Origin: Vermamoeba vermiformis
Taxonomy: Eukaryota
Assembly (NCBI GenBank): GCA_045837725.1
Contig: JBEWZL010000287.1
Coordinates: 62,001-126,000 of the forward strand
DNA length: 64,000 nt
Reading direction: 5' to 3'
The notes under the pieces are model-generated. The model worked only from the letters and a program-made list of their open reading frames with translations. It was not told the DNA's origin and did no database searches. Below, piece after piece: positions 37,522 through 51,118 of this stretch. The position numbers and the translations under genes are program-made. Each line of letters opens with the position of its first letter. Position 1 is the first letter of the stretch.

Positions 37522-37753
37522 TATGTCATCGGATCCTGTTTTCTTTTTTTCGAGAAAGCATTAATAAACGCTTACTGAAATTAAATTAACCTAATTAATC
37601 AATATTCTCGTATTACTGTAATATTACTTGATTTACTGTGTTGCACGGAACAATCTCACATTTTCATAAAATAGTTGCATAAATCTGTACATAATTTGAA
37701 TAGTGATAACTGCAGACTTTTGTCAAATTTTCAATTTATCGTTTATATCAGCT

Positions 37754-40700
37754 CTAATAGATATCGTTCAATATCCTCTGATAAGTATCGTAAATCGTTG
37801 TCCTCCAATTATCTCTAGCCTCTGCGATTAAATTAATTACAAACTCTTCGCACTGCACGGCGTTCCACTCCAAGTAAAAGCGCTTGCGCAGATGCTTTAC
37901 GGCGGATTCCTTCTCCAAACAAGGAATCGCTCCACCCTCTATAAATAGTAACATGTATTAGTCATATGGGTATTATTATTAAGTCATTGGGTCATACCGG
38001 AATACGTCATTTCGACTATCAACAAAATCTTCTCGTAATGTTTTCGCGCGGCAATAAATCCTCTTATACACAAATCAACGTATTCCTTATATGAACGGTT
38101 AGTTAAAGTCATAGTAACACCTGGTTATAATCACAAACCTTGAACAGATCGGACTTTTCTCCGCCCATTAGCTCGATAAATTCTTCGGTCAATTTGAACG
38201 GAGCCTTCTCGAACTTTATGGTCCTAATATAGGCGTTAGAATAGTACTATTACGGAACCTTGCAACTTACTTTGTGAGTAAATAGCCAAAATCAATATGT
38301 ACAATGTGACCCTCGGAGTCGATCATAATGTTCGCATTATGTCTGCAGATCCGTTGTTAGTACGTTATTAATAGCATTGAATATGATGTACCTGTCCTTA
38401 ATCTGCAAGAAATAGCAGACCAACGAGTAAGCTGCCAAACTGCTGACAAAATTTCGGCGAGCTTGTTCGAACTTGCTTGGATCCGGGAATTCCTGCAGGT
38501 TCTTGTCAGCTACATGTAACATAGCACTATGTTTAGACATACCTTCTTAAAGAAGGTGAGTAGTGTAGCCTCTTCCTTCACTCGTTGCTTCAATTTGTCG
38601 ATGCTGATGGCGTTGGGCACGACCTCAATCAGGCCTGACTGCCAGTTCGTCGCAAGAATTCTGTAAGGATGCAACTTCAAGGGAACGCCCTCTTCTTCCC
38701 AAATACGTTGGAACTGCGTGACTAATTGCATCACGAACTAACACGCATTAGTTACAAGTTTGACTTAAGTTTGTGTCCGTACCTGTTCTTGAAGCACGTT
38801 GTCACCCTCCTTAATGATCCAACACTGCAAGTTCCATTGAGGCAAGTCACCGTACTCGGACTGAGCCTTGATACGCTTGCGCTTGTCACGGAAGGATTCA
38901 CCGAATACGGCGCTAGTGCCCGGGTTAAGGGTCCACGAAGAGGGCTCCGAGTCCGTGCCGCCACGGTGTTCACGTGTCATTAACTCCGCGAGCTTCATAT
39001 ATTCGTCAGCCATTTCGCGTGTGTAGTTAGTAGGAATGTCGAGCACTTCGAGACACAAACTGTACAACACCTGAACAGGAGGTCAGTCACGTGTCAATGG
39101 TACTTTTAGGCGTGATTCTTACACGACCGTAGGTCTGGATTGGATGGCACTCTTCGATCGGGATATGAAGCACTTTATGACGGAAGTCGCTGTCATCAAT
39201 GTAGGCATAACCAGCTTTAATAAAGCTTCGAATGCTCGTCAACAGCCGCGTCAGTTCGGGCACTACTAAAGGTCAGTATAATTTCGTGAAAATTACAGCG
39301 AGTGTACATGGTGATATTATTTGAGACTCTTCTTTGCCTCGTATTGACTTACTGTACTCCTCTTTCATGCCGTACTTGGCAGTTAATGCACGAGAGATGT
39401 CCACGAGTTCATCCAAGAACCGCACTGTTTCGAAGAAGTACTCCTTGCCTTTCATTCTTAACGCCTTTGACGAGCTTCCTGGTGTCTTCTGATTGTGTCC
39501 CAGCATCGTAATGTGTGGTGCCTCACGAGGTGGGGTCGATTGGAACGCTTCTTCAGGCGATGTGCCAGGCGACGACACGTAGCCAGAGGTCGTGGACACG
39601 GGCTTGACGGGCAAATTGTTGTTGTTCGTTGATTTGCCATTGCCGTTCGCTGGCTTTGATGATGTCTTTCCCGACGAGCTCATCTTTTGTACTTCAATGT
39701 TAGGCAAACTAGGAGCCGAAGAAGACAGCTTGACGGGTGATTCTGACGGAGTTTTCGTTTGTCGCACGCGTTCCTTCATCTCGTCTTCAGTCAAGATAGC
39801 CGTTTCGACCTTCTTCAACATCTTGCGACATCTCTTGCGCCACTTCTCAGGTCCCGTTTCTCCCATTGACCTTATCAACAGGTACACTTGCAGCGCGAAG
39901 TGGATCGAGTCGCGACAATGTTCCATGATGAACTGTTCTAAGGGCTGGAAGTCTTTCTTGTTGAGCATTATGTTGCTAATATATCGTTAGTATTTGAGTG
40001 CCAGGCAAGAATATGATGGTGTTAGTGAACGTACACTAATTGCGGCAAATAGAACTCAATTTCAGCTGCGTATTGCACGTGTAACTGAGCCAAGTTCTTG
40101 CTCAGTTCTGAGCGCAAGGACAAGTTGTTGCGATACTTGAACAAATCGCTGACAGCTTTCCACACGCGGTTCTGTTGCTCAGCTCGAGATTTGAGCTGGA
40201 AGTACTATGAAGAAAAATAAAGTACGTTATTCCAAGGACCAAAACATACACGCCACACAAGCTGTAAAAATACTGCTGATTATAATCGAATAGGTAACTT
40301 ACAGGCAAAGCGCTGGACTTGGCGGAGATCGACTTTGTGATTTGCACGCTGGGCATTGAAGAGACCTGTGCTGCCATTTCTTCGTTGACCTCGGTACGGG
40401 CCTCGAGTCCTGTATCGTCAATTGGTACAATGCACGAATAGGCGACTACGTAGGGAACGTACTGCGCAGCATTGGGACCCACTTCTCGTTCTTTTGACCT
40501 CGTCGTAAGTAGCCCCGAACGATGCCACCAGCGAACGCTAAACTTCGCTTGAGTGACTTGCGTGCCTCGTCTAACAAGCCCTTGAACTCGTCTTTGAGAT
40601 TATCAAAGTTGAACTCCTCTAAAAGTAAACGTGTGTTAGGTGGTACTTTTTGACACGTGCACACGCGAGTACCTTGCTTAACGCCTTCGGGCTTCAACGG

Positions 40701-41684
40701 GAATCGCACGGCATAGACCTTCTCGAGCTGTTTCTTGAGCTCTTCGTCCGCACTAAAAGCTTCTTCGTCCGTTTGACTGTCGTCAAGGGACACGTCCTCT
40801 TCATTGTTGTTCAAGAGATCTCGTCTTAGAGTGCTGACTTTATCGCGATTTTGATGCAAAATGTCTTGCATGTCTTTAAGGACATCTTTCAACTTCTCTT
40901 CCTACGAATTTGCAAAGTTTAGATCAGCGAAATCTTTTCATAATTAAATAGGCAATATTTTTGCGAGTTTTGCTCTCCCGTCGTACTGACTTAATATGTT
41001 ATTGTCACATAAATATATAAATAAAAATATTATTTTAAATTAAGTTTGTTCTTAAAGAAACTAAACAGCAACTTTCATCTGCGCCAATTTTAGCAAAAAT
41101 AGATTGCGCGTCTCTAATATATCTAAATAGTTTGTAAAATATTTACCTGTTGATTTAACGCTTCTATCTTATCGTCCAACGTCTCGCGTGCCGTATCTAC
41201 GAATCTTGCTTCCCATTTATTGATTAATGTGTGCAACTCCTTCATTTTTTCTTGAATAACGCTTGTTGCAACGCTTTTTTTCTCCTCTAATTTCTTTTTG
41301 TAGTCTCCAAGCTTGGGAAGAAACTCTTCGACCTTTTGAATTACTAATTAGTACGGATGCGTCTGGCTAAAATAAAAGCCTGAAATTTTACAAAAAATAC
41401 CGTTATTATACAATGTCTCACTAAATTTCGATTAACGGGACGCTTCAATACCAAAGATCAAGAAATTTTTGTAATTATTATTCTTGTGCTTATTTGAAAT
41501 TATGGTGGTAAGAATTAAATGTAAATGAATAATATACACGAGCATATATTCAAATTACCTCAAAAATACGATTTTGAATTTCAAGAAGGGTCGGATCGAT
41601 CGAGCTTCTTGATTTTCGGAATTCAGGAGAAGCAGACAAGACAGCACTCGTCTTCTTTGGATTGATTAGTTGTGGAGTCGTCAT
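37754..41684 (-). CDS. Phosphatidylinositol 4-kinase type III (PI4KB/Pik1-like), multi-exon
   Basis: [86 protein letters not shown], C-terminal YQRILNDIY. Confidence 0.92.
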
Positions 41685-42330
41685 TATTGGTGCTCATTAC
41701 GGTTGATCATCGATAAATGGCCAACAAGCAAAAAAACCTCAAATTACCCGAGATCACCAACAATTGTTTGAAAGTGAATAAGAAGCAATAAACGTCGAAC
41801 ACTTAGCTTTATATTTTAAGTCCTTGCTAGGAGGTCGTATTAAGCTCTTGTGCCGGAAATGGACCGTTACAAAGATGCGCACTGGAACTCCCACGCGTTA
41901 TTTTGCCATGAGGTTCGTGCTAATTTTTTCTTATTGGTAAATATGCGTTAAATTGACTCGTCTTTCGGCTCTGTTCAGCTGACCTCACTTTCTGGATTTG
42001 TTGCGCAACTATTTAAAATTAAACAGGGCTGATAAGCAATTCAAAAATACTGAAATAAATCCTTATTTGGCAAGTGGTTACTGAATTCGAATTAACACGA
42101 AAATAGGAGGAACAAATCCGGATGATGGACAGATTTAACGTGTGTTAAAGTCATGGCATTGTTGTTACATGGCACGTCAACAACTATGCGTATTGAATGC
42201 CTTATGGTTCCATTGGATGCTTGGAGTGTGTTCAGGACGGCGATGATTGCATAAATATTCTATTATTGTGACACGACATTGAACGCAACAACAGATGACC
42301 CAAAATTAATACAAAGCGTTAAATAATTTA

Positions 42331-45300
42331 ATGGATTACCAACCAGACACGATAAATATAACGGTAAGCCTCGTGATAAGCGGAATCAAATTCTTTTCCC
42401 AATCTAAAAATTAAAATGTTTTATTACCCTCGTAATTCTATTTTTACCATGCCAAAATACTGTATATAAGATTATTGATATAATTATGGTAATTTAACAG
42501 GAATTACCTGACGGTGCCCTAGATTCGATTTTGTCCGAGCTTTGTTCATCCGTTGTTGCCGACACTGTATTATATGTGGCATACGGGCTATCAGATTTAA
42601 CCGGCTTTGCAAGATGGAAGGACGTCATGAACTTCAGACTTGTCTCCAAGTCATTTCAAAGAGTGACAGATCGGGTTGTTCCGTCGTTCGCTCTGTATCA
42701 ACAGCTCTTCAACAAAGGAGTCGATCCGTCAGCGTGGATAACTAAGCAAGAAGAAGAGTTATCAACGAGAAGCAACGGTTTTATATCCAAGGCTAATTTT
42801 ACCGTGGGTGGATTGCATTGCGATCTGCTGCAAATTCCAGATCTGTCATCAACGCCATTATTCGCTTTGGAATCCATCATCAACGTCCTAATCCACAAGT
42901 TACTTATTTCAAATGCAGCGTTAATAAGCATTATCAATATTGCCTATGCTTTTCCGAACAACAACACCGCCGGTTTCATACTGACATTGCCCGATTCATC
43001 TCTTTTTCCTGGAAAGCAATTAGCCTTTCAAGTGACAAGTCTATCTGGATACACGGAGAACGACTCGTACAAAGATCATCGTGAAATTATTGTCGAAGTT
43101 GCAGATACCCCGCTTGCACAAGTTCTTGGCGTTGTACCAAACAAAGCAAACCTAGTTTTTAATGAACGCACTTATTATGCAAGTGGAGAAACCAATGGTG
43201 AAATTTTTAAAAAGTAAGTGCATTTCCACCAATGAATAATTTTCTGACATTTTGGAAGCCTTGCATTCTTTGCAAACCTCTCACATATCATGCCTGTTTA
43301 CAATGCATTTAACTGGATTAGAAACTTGCTGCAAGTTGGTACAGCAATTCGGCAAAATTTACCCTATTCAATTGACAAAGAAGTAAATATCATTAAAGAA
43401 GTAGCCAAGGATTCTATGGATGTTGATGATCCTGAAGACTCAATGGATATTGTTGAAGAGAATTCTGAAGATGAAAATTTTGTGCATGAATGGAATAGAA
43501 GAACAGCTCCAACAGTATTCAGTTACTCTCTTCCAATGTACACAAATCAAATGGCATTATTGCACAAAATGCCTTTATTGCCTGGAGTTGTGGTCAACCA
43601 GCTAATGTTTCCAAGTAACAAATCACTGCTACAACTGATTATGATGAACAAATTGATACAGTTTTACCGTTTAAACAAACTCCACAAGCAAACAATATTG
43701 GCTAAACTTTTGACTGAACAAGATAATGCTTGTTACCAAGAAACAATGGTGCAACTCTTCAAATACATTACATACAGCCATCATTATGCACTAGAAGATC
43801 CAGCGTTGCAGTCTACTATCAAATTTTTAATTTCGTTTGGCACAGCAAACCCAGAGTTCACAGGATGCTACTTAGTGGTAAAACTCCCACACAAATTCCA
43901 TTCCAGGGAATGTACTGTAGAGATTCAGGCAATAGACAGAGAAGCCAATGAAAAAATGAACTTATACTTTGGCACCAAAAGGTAAATGGGCTTGAATATT
44001 TCTATGCACTAAACTTAATGTGTTTGTAGATCCTTTTCTTTGGACTATGCTCCTGGTTTTCAGATAGCAGCTCTGCAAATGCAAAAGCTATTGGCAATTT
44101 CATTTGTCATTCCCCCAATTGATATTTTCTCCCTGTTTACCATCCTAATTGCACAAAACAAGGAGTATTGCATGAGGAGTTACCAGTATCAAAATAGAAA
44201 AGTACACCCACAACTAGCAATTGCTTTTGATTCAAGTGAGGTGGATCCTTCTTGCACTATTGAAGATTTGCAAGTTCATGAAGAGCTTGGAGAGAGTTTA
44301 ACATCGCTTCTCATCAACAGATCCTCAAGTGCATATTTCTATACAGTGTTACAAGTCCTCCATAGTACCGATAGACTACAATCTTTTGTCCATATCCGAG
44401 TTGGCTACAAACCAGAGTTGTTCTCAACAGAGGAAAATGAAACAGCTGAATTTCACTTCAAAATAACAAATGCACTTGAATTAGCCTTTTCTAAGCAGCT
44501 CTATGACTATTGGTAATAATTTAGGTTTATCTGCTACTCATACAAGCATTCTAACTCATTGATAGGATTAATCGCTCAATGAAGGTAATTATCACACTCC
44601 ACTCCAACAAATTAATTTAGTATGACAGCCTCATCCAACTAATGAAGAAATACCAAATTACAATGAAAACTACAACAAATATTACTCGACTGATGAATCT
44701 TATATATTTATGACATTGCCACAACAAGTAAGTTATTACTGTGATTTATATGTTCTCATTCAAACATTTAACAGGAGAATGGACTTGCCTATGAGATATG
44801 GCATGCTGAAGGATTAAAACAGAAAATCTCTTCCATCAAAGCCCTTCTCAAGAGTAACAAGATTGCAGCTATGGATAAAATCAAACACTTAGAAACAGTG
44901 CTCCCAGCAAATGTCAAAGTTAAATGTTGTCATGCAAAGATGATTGCCCAATTAGAGGGACCCTATGCTGCAATCAAATATTTGAACTCTGCCCTGCAAG
45001 AGAACCCATTTAATGGACAGTTATGCTTAACAAAGGCCAGAATTCTTCAAAATGCAAATCAATTCAAAGAAGCCATTCGTTGTTACATCCATATTTGCGA
45101 CTTTCCCTTTGAGCACTTTGTTCAATACACTGAAAATGAAATCTTGCTGAAAGCTTATCAAAGACTATTTCAGCTATTTCAGCAACTTGAAATGTGGTCT
45201 GGAGCTTTGCAGATTTGTGAAATATTTCCCAATTCAAAACTGCTGTAAGTCTCAGCTTTTAAAAATTTTATCCTTTTAACTTCTTTTATTAAGAGTGATT

Positions 45301-46652
45301 ACAGAGCACATGCACTTAATGAAAGCGGAAAAATATATTCGAGAGAAAAATCAGCTTGAGTATTACTTACAAAGGGGCTTTGAAATTCTTGCTCGCTTGC
45401 CAAGCTTTGTAAAGAGAGATATGTTGATGGTTGAGGCTTTCTTTCGGTTAGGTAAGAAAAACTATGTGTTGGCACATAACCTAATATTTTGTGGCAGATA
45501 AGAATAACTCAAATGACATTTTGAAGCATTTGAATGCTTCACTTGATAAACAACCATATTATGATCAGCATTCTTTTGATATTATGATACATAAAGCAGT
45601 AATATTGCACCAACTTAAGCACTTTGAAGAAGCATTGGAGTGTTATGAAGAAATGTCTGAGATGCCGAACAGAGATCCCACTTTTGACATTGAGGCAGCA
45701 ATGGAAGCAGCAAAAAAGCAGCAGACAATTCCATGGCCCTTCAAATTTAGAACATACACGGCTGATAAACAACACCAAGTATGGACCAAAGAGGAAATAC
45801 TCATGCTATTTATAATTCATCCAAATGCAGTTACATCAGCCAAGAAAAACCTCATGAAAAACAAAACCCAACAGGATGCAATACAATTCATGTTGTGTGA
45901 AATTGATGCAGCAGAAGCTCAAATGGAAAACCAACAAGAGTGCTATGCACATATTTATCCTGCTGACTATTTATTTGAAAAGTTTTTCAAAAACACCACT
46001 CTCAAGTTCATTGACTCAATTCCAAATGTTTCTGTACACTTTAAGTCAGAATTATCAAAGGTTCTTGATCAAAGTGGTAACTTTGATACTAGTGAGCGTA
46101 TTTTACCTTTCTTATGGCAATTACAGCCCAAATCCAAAGGTAAGGAGCTTATGTGACAGTAACTAAGCTGATTTTTACATAGATAATATGACTTTGCTTT
46201 GGTATCCAGTTCACCCTTGTGCCATTCCATATCTTTTAGCAAATGGAATTTCTCCTGATGAAAATGGTGCCAAATTCTATCCAAACATAAATTCATGTGC
46301 AAAACACTATGGAGGAAGTGACCACAGCATTCCTTTGTCTGTTAGTCCCCATGCATTTGATAGAGGGGGCTATTACTCCATGGCACTTTTGGTTGAAGTA
46401 GATTCAATTGCAGCCAAGCAGAATACAGTAACGAAAGCTACAGCCGAGAAAATAGATTGGTACATGCTCCCAAGTATGTTTTAACCTTGTGCATCAATCC
46501 ATTATTAACGTACCTTTGTAGTGGTAACTATTCATGACAAGGCACATATTGGAGCAATTTGCTACATTGCCATTATAGTGGAGAGCAGATATTGGAAAAA
46601 CAAAATCTGTCTGACAGGTGGCAAATACCATTTTCCAGGTCATCGATTCTGA
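42331..46652 (+). CDS. Large multi-exon protein: F-box-like N-terminus, TPR repeats and a degenerate PARP/ART-like C-terminal domain
   Basis: ELPDGALDSILS...NFRLVSKSF. TPR-like KARILQNANQFKEAIRCY and KAVILHQLKHFEEALECY. C-terminal LLWY..LLANG..GAKFY..LLVEV..VTIHDKAHI. Confidence 0.72.
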
Positions 46653-47256
46653 TCAGAACAGGACAAAGGCTCCCTACAAACGGAACTTTAATTTTAAGAA
46701 GCTTTAACTTAATAAATTTATAAATAATAAATAACTTCGTCACTGAGACTTAGTTGTTAAATTTCGACGGATTGCTCCGTTGAATTAAACAGAAGAGAAA
46801 AATCCAAGCGTCAAAAAGATTATTTGCAGAGGTGAATACTAAATGACGCCGTTTTCGGCACAATATAAAATAGAATTAGATCAAAAAAATTAACTTGCAA
46901 TTCAGAACAACTTAGGTCAAAATTAAAAAACTATAGTTTGTGGAAACTGGGATACAACTTACTAATTTTAAAGATTTTTTGCCTTATAAATGGAAGGGAC
47001 TTCACATATTCCCATCCTCAGATGAAGAAGATTATGCGTCAAACTGGAATTCCTTTACGATCGTAGACTAAGCACTTCCACCTATTTTTCTTGTGTAAAG
47101 ATCCATACGGTGAATTCCGAACTTAATTGAGTCGTGGTTAAGTGCGGGAGAAATTCAGACTTTGGCGAATTTGCTTGCTGAACAAAGAGACGCGTTCAAC
47201 AATTATTTTTTTATCTCACAAACGTTGAAGCACACAATAGTAATTGATCTAACACC

Positions 47257-49024
47257 ATGAGCGCATCAGCTATTCAACACAAAGGTACGCATCTCAGATT
47301 CTGAGCGGTTTTACACGAGATCATTCATAAAACAGTTTAATTGACAATTAATATGCATGATATGATATGCAAAAATATCCGACATGCAACAATCAACACA
47401 AGAAAGCGCTTTGAAGCGTTTCAAAGCGAAATCTGTTTTTTATTGAAACGTTGCATTTTTAAATTGGGTAAATTAATATTGGTCTACGCGTAGATCATTA
47501 ATACAGCGTCGAATATATTTTTAATATAAATAAAGATATTAAATTATATCAGGACGCTTGTCATCTGTAAATAATTTTTCAACGCTTTCTTTGCAAACCA
47601 AGAATCTCTAACGATCGCGTATTAATTTATTTATATTCAGTCGTTAAGGTTTGCCTTTGCGGTGGAGGACGTATTGGTACTGTTCACTTGCGCGATCTTT
47701 TGGGATCTCATCGTGTCAAGCTGACTGCCATCGTCGAGGTTGTTGAAAAGAGACGATTGGTAAGTTATATATTAATTTATGATGTGAAATACGGTAATCA
47801 TTTAATTAATCTTAATACTACTCTAAATCCGACTTTGCAACGGCTAGATCAAATCCAAAATCTTTAGACAACAACTTTTGAATTTATATCTCATATCGTA
47901 TAATAGGAAATGGTCTCTCAAGCTGGTTGCAAAGGTTACGCTACCTTGGACGATGCTATGGCCGATAAAGAGGTGCGTGTACATCCAACAAAAGACACTC
48001 CTTAATTTCAACACCATAATATTACATTCGTATTAATTACAGTTATTATAGAACCAATTCGATGCTGTTCTTATCTGCACTCCCACTGGCTCTCACCACG
48101 AGCTTGTTATCAGTAAGTCAGATGCGAATCCCTATTTTCTCGCAGTAGCATTATCTTCTGGACTTCCTTTAACGCTTATTCTAATAATAGAGGCTTTGAA
48201 CGCTAACTACCCCGTTTTCTGCGAGAAGCCCATCTCATTGGACATCAACGCCGTCGATGAGTGCTACAACCTCGCCAAGCAGAAGAACCAGATCTTGTTG
48301 TGTGGTACGTACTCGATATAAGATATCACCTTAATATATAGACAGTAGGTCCCGAGCAGCGACTAATATCTTACTTTCAGCTTACCAACGACGATTTGAC
48401 CCGAGCTTCGTTAAGCTCCAAAAGGCCGTTCGCAGCGGTGAACTCGGCAAAGTGCACGTGATCAAGACCACTTCGCGCGATCACCCCTTGCCTTCCTTCG
48501 AGTTCTTGAAGACCTCTGGTGGCATCTACCACGACTGCGGCAGCCACGACATTGACGTCGTTCGTTGGGTCTTGGGCGAGGAGCCTATTGAAGTGTACAG
48601 CACTGCTCACGCCTTCTTGGGTCCCATCAAGGAAATGAACGACTACGACACCGTTGTTATGATCTTGAAGTTCCCTTCTGGCGCTACTGCCATGATCGAT
48701 TTGGATCGCACATCCGCTTACGGATACGACCAACGCATTGAAGTCTCTGCCGAAAAGGGCATGATTCAAGCTGAAAACAAGAGTGCCACCACCGTCGTCA
48801 CCAGCACTGCTGGCGGAGTTGCTCGCGACAAGATCAGCCACACTTTTACCGACAGATACGACGATGCTTACCGTTTGGAACTCGAACATTTCGTTGACTT
48901 GGTTTTGGGCATTGAGACCAAGCCTATGTTGACCCACGAAGACGTTCGCCGCGTTTCGCTCATCGCTGACGCTTGCCACAAATCCGCTCAAACTGGCGTT
49001 CCCGTCAAGCTCAACTTGGTTTAA
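47257..49024 (+). CDS. iolG: myo-inositol 2-dehydrogenase-like oxidoreductase (Gfo/Idh/MocA)
   Basis: GGGRIG, ICTPTGSH, FCEKP, YQRRFDP, TSRDHP, GGIYHDCGSHDID, YGYDQRIEV. Confidence 0.88.
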
Positions 49025-49136
49025 GATCGGACGAAAAAGTTTTTGTATCGTGATAAGGCAATATACCAAGCCTATATATACTAGTTACAGTAAATATAAT
49101 GAAAAATCGAGCGTCATATTGTTATTTAATTACAAA

Positions 49137-50780
49137 TTATACAAGCTTCGCGACGATTTTGCCGACAACGTGGCCTTGCTTAATACGAGCGAGAGCCTTA
49201 GGAATATCCTCGAGAGGTATTATTTCGTGAACTAGGTTCTTTAATTTGTTTTCTTCAAGTAATTTTGTGACTTCTTTGCCGATAGATGCGATCTCAAGTT
49301 TAGCTTCGAGATGCGCGTTGTGACCGGAGCCTATTGTCATGGTTATACATTTCCTCATATACCTCGATATTATTTTGACTTACCTAGCAGTACGGAGTGA
49401 ATGGACATGGCTTTCGTGGCCCATTTTCCAGATGCGTAAGCCTCACCACTTGGCGTTCCAGCAACACAGACCAACCCACCGCCGAAAGTAATAGCATCGA
49501 AGGCCAAGGCAGCGCTTTCCGAGTTGATATTGTCCATCCAATAATCAACGCCTTTTCCGTTCGTGAGTTCATTGGCGCGTTCCACGATGTTCTAGAATGC
49601 CAAAACATTTAACAACCAGATCTATCGTATCATTATGCTTTATACCGTACCTCAGTATTGTAGTCGATCACGTGGTCCGCTCCGAGTGATTTAACATACT
49701 CGAAGTTCTTGGCTGAGCACGTGGCTATGACATGAAGTCCGTGTAACTTGGCGAATTGTACGGCAAAACCACCTTTTGTTGAACAACGGCTTAGTACCAA
49801 TATAACTCGTTGAATACTGTCAGTTTTGACGACTTACCAACACCTCCTGAGCCTGCTGTGACTAAAATCGTCTTTCCCTTCTCGACGTGCAACTTCTTGT
49901 GTAGTGCTTGGTACGCAGTCCAGCCAGCACAAGGCACTGCTGCCGCGTCCGTGAATGATACCTACTCGATGGTGAGCACTAGCTGGTACTATATATGATA
50001 AGTAACGTACTGATTCAGGCAAGTGCACGAGGGTCAAAGCGTCAGTCAACGAGTACTCTGCGAAGCCTCCGTCTTTCTCTTGCAAGTTGCCGTGATACAC
50101 AACGCGGTCACCTTGCTTCCATTCACTGAAAAAAAGTACATTAGAAAGGCTATTTGTATTTAATAGAGCCAAAGTACTCACGTGACACCGGATCCAACTT
50201 TATCGATGACACCTGCCACGTCAAGGCCAATAATGCGAGGATACTATCAATAATAATTAGCAATTAATATCATGCAGTAATATCGGCAATAAGGACTTAC
50301 AGAGAGCTGTTTAAAGTAGACTCCAATTTTCCAATCGACCGGATTCAGCCCGACTGCGTGCACTTTGACACGTACCTACATGTCATATTAAAACAAAATT
50401 CTTAAAGTAAAATTTAAATGCTTTCGAGAAGCAACAGCAATTTGTAGTGAGGTCAGAAAGTCGGAGGTATGCGGTGGCAAATGGAAAAAGCCAGAAGATA
50501 GTAAATAACATAATATTTAAATAATATCATATTATTTTAGGTGCTTACTTGGTTTTCTTTGGGCTCGGGAACTGGGATTTCCCTAGTCGAAAAATATCGT
50601 CAGATCTTCAAATGACAGTCAAATCACGCATCTCCCGTGTTAAATTACGTGATATTTTTTGCATATTTTATGAGATTAATTATTCTCTCAGGAGCAATTC
50701 TGAAAATTAATGGATTTGACTTACTGTAATACAATCGACTCTGGAGGACCAGGCTTCGTTAAAACTTGAGCTTTCATCAT
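49137..50780 (-). CDS. MDR-family (quinone oxidoreductase-like) zinc-binding dehydrogenase
   Basis: VHAVGLNPVDWK, GLDVAGVI, GGFAEYS, PCAGWTAYQAL, AGSGGVGGFAVQFAK, GHVVGKIV. Confidence 0.9.
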
Positions 50781-51118
50781 TTTTAAGTATCGTTGCGTAA
50801 CGTTACTCGGGATATTTATTGTTTGAGTTTCGTTCGACCAGTTTTAATTTTTACATTTGGAGCACGTGTCTAGAAGCTTCTTCAGATCCGGAGCGAAGCC
50901 GAAGCCAAACCGATCCTCATTATATTTGGAACATAATTACGTTAATAAGGTATCACATATGTAGATTGTGGTGTGCGATGTGATGTGTACAAAAAAATTG
51001 AATTGAAAAGTGATTTTTTGATTTTCGACCGCGGAACCAAGACCACAATAGCCCAAATCTATTGTAAACTATTGTGATATATTTCTATATAAATAATCGT
51101 CGGATTTGCATTGGCGAA

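Noticed and set aside
41830-42330. Exon-like GC-richer patches between PI4K and the F-box/TPR gene
   Set aside because: I could not build an open spliced frame. Probably UTR, promoter or decayed sequence.
46758-46788. Hairpin (ttcgacgga-ttgc-tccgttgaa) as a Helitron 3' end for the CpG-poor gene
   Set aside because: No CTRR terminus just downstream, no Rep/helicase and no matching 5' end found.
48377-49069. 230-aa antisense ORF over the inositol dehydrogenase
   Set aside because: Explained by codon bias on the sense strand. No recognisable motifs.
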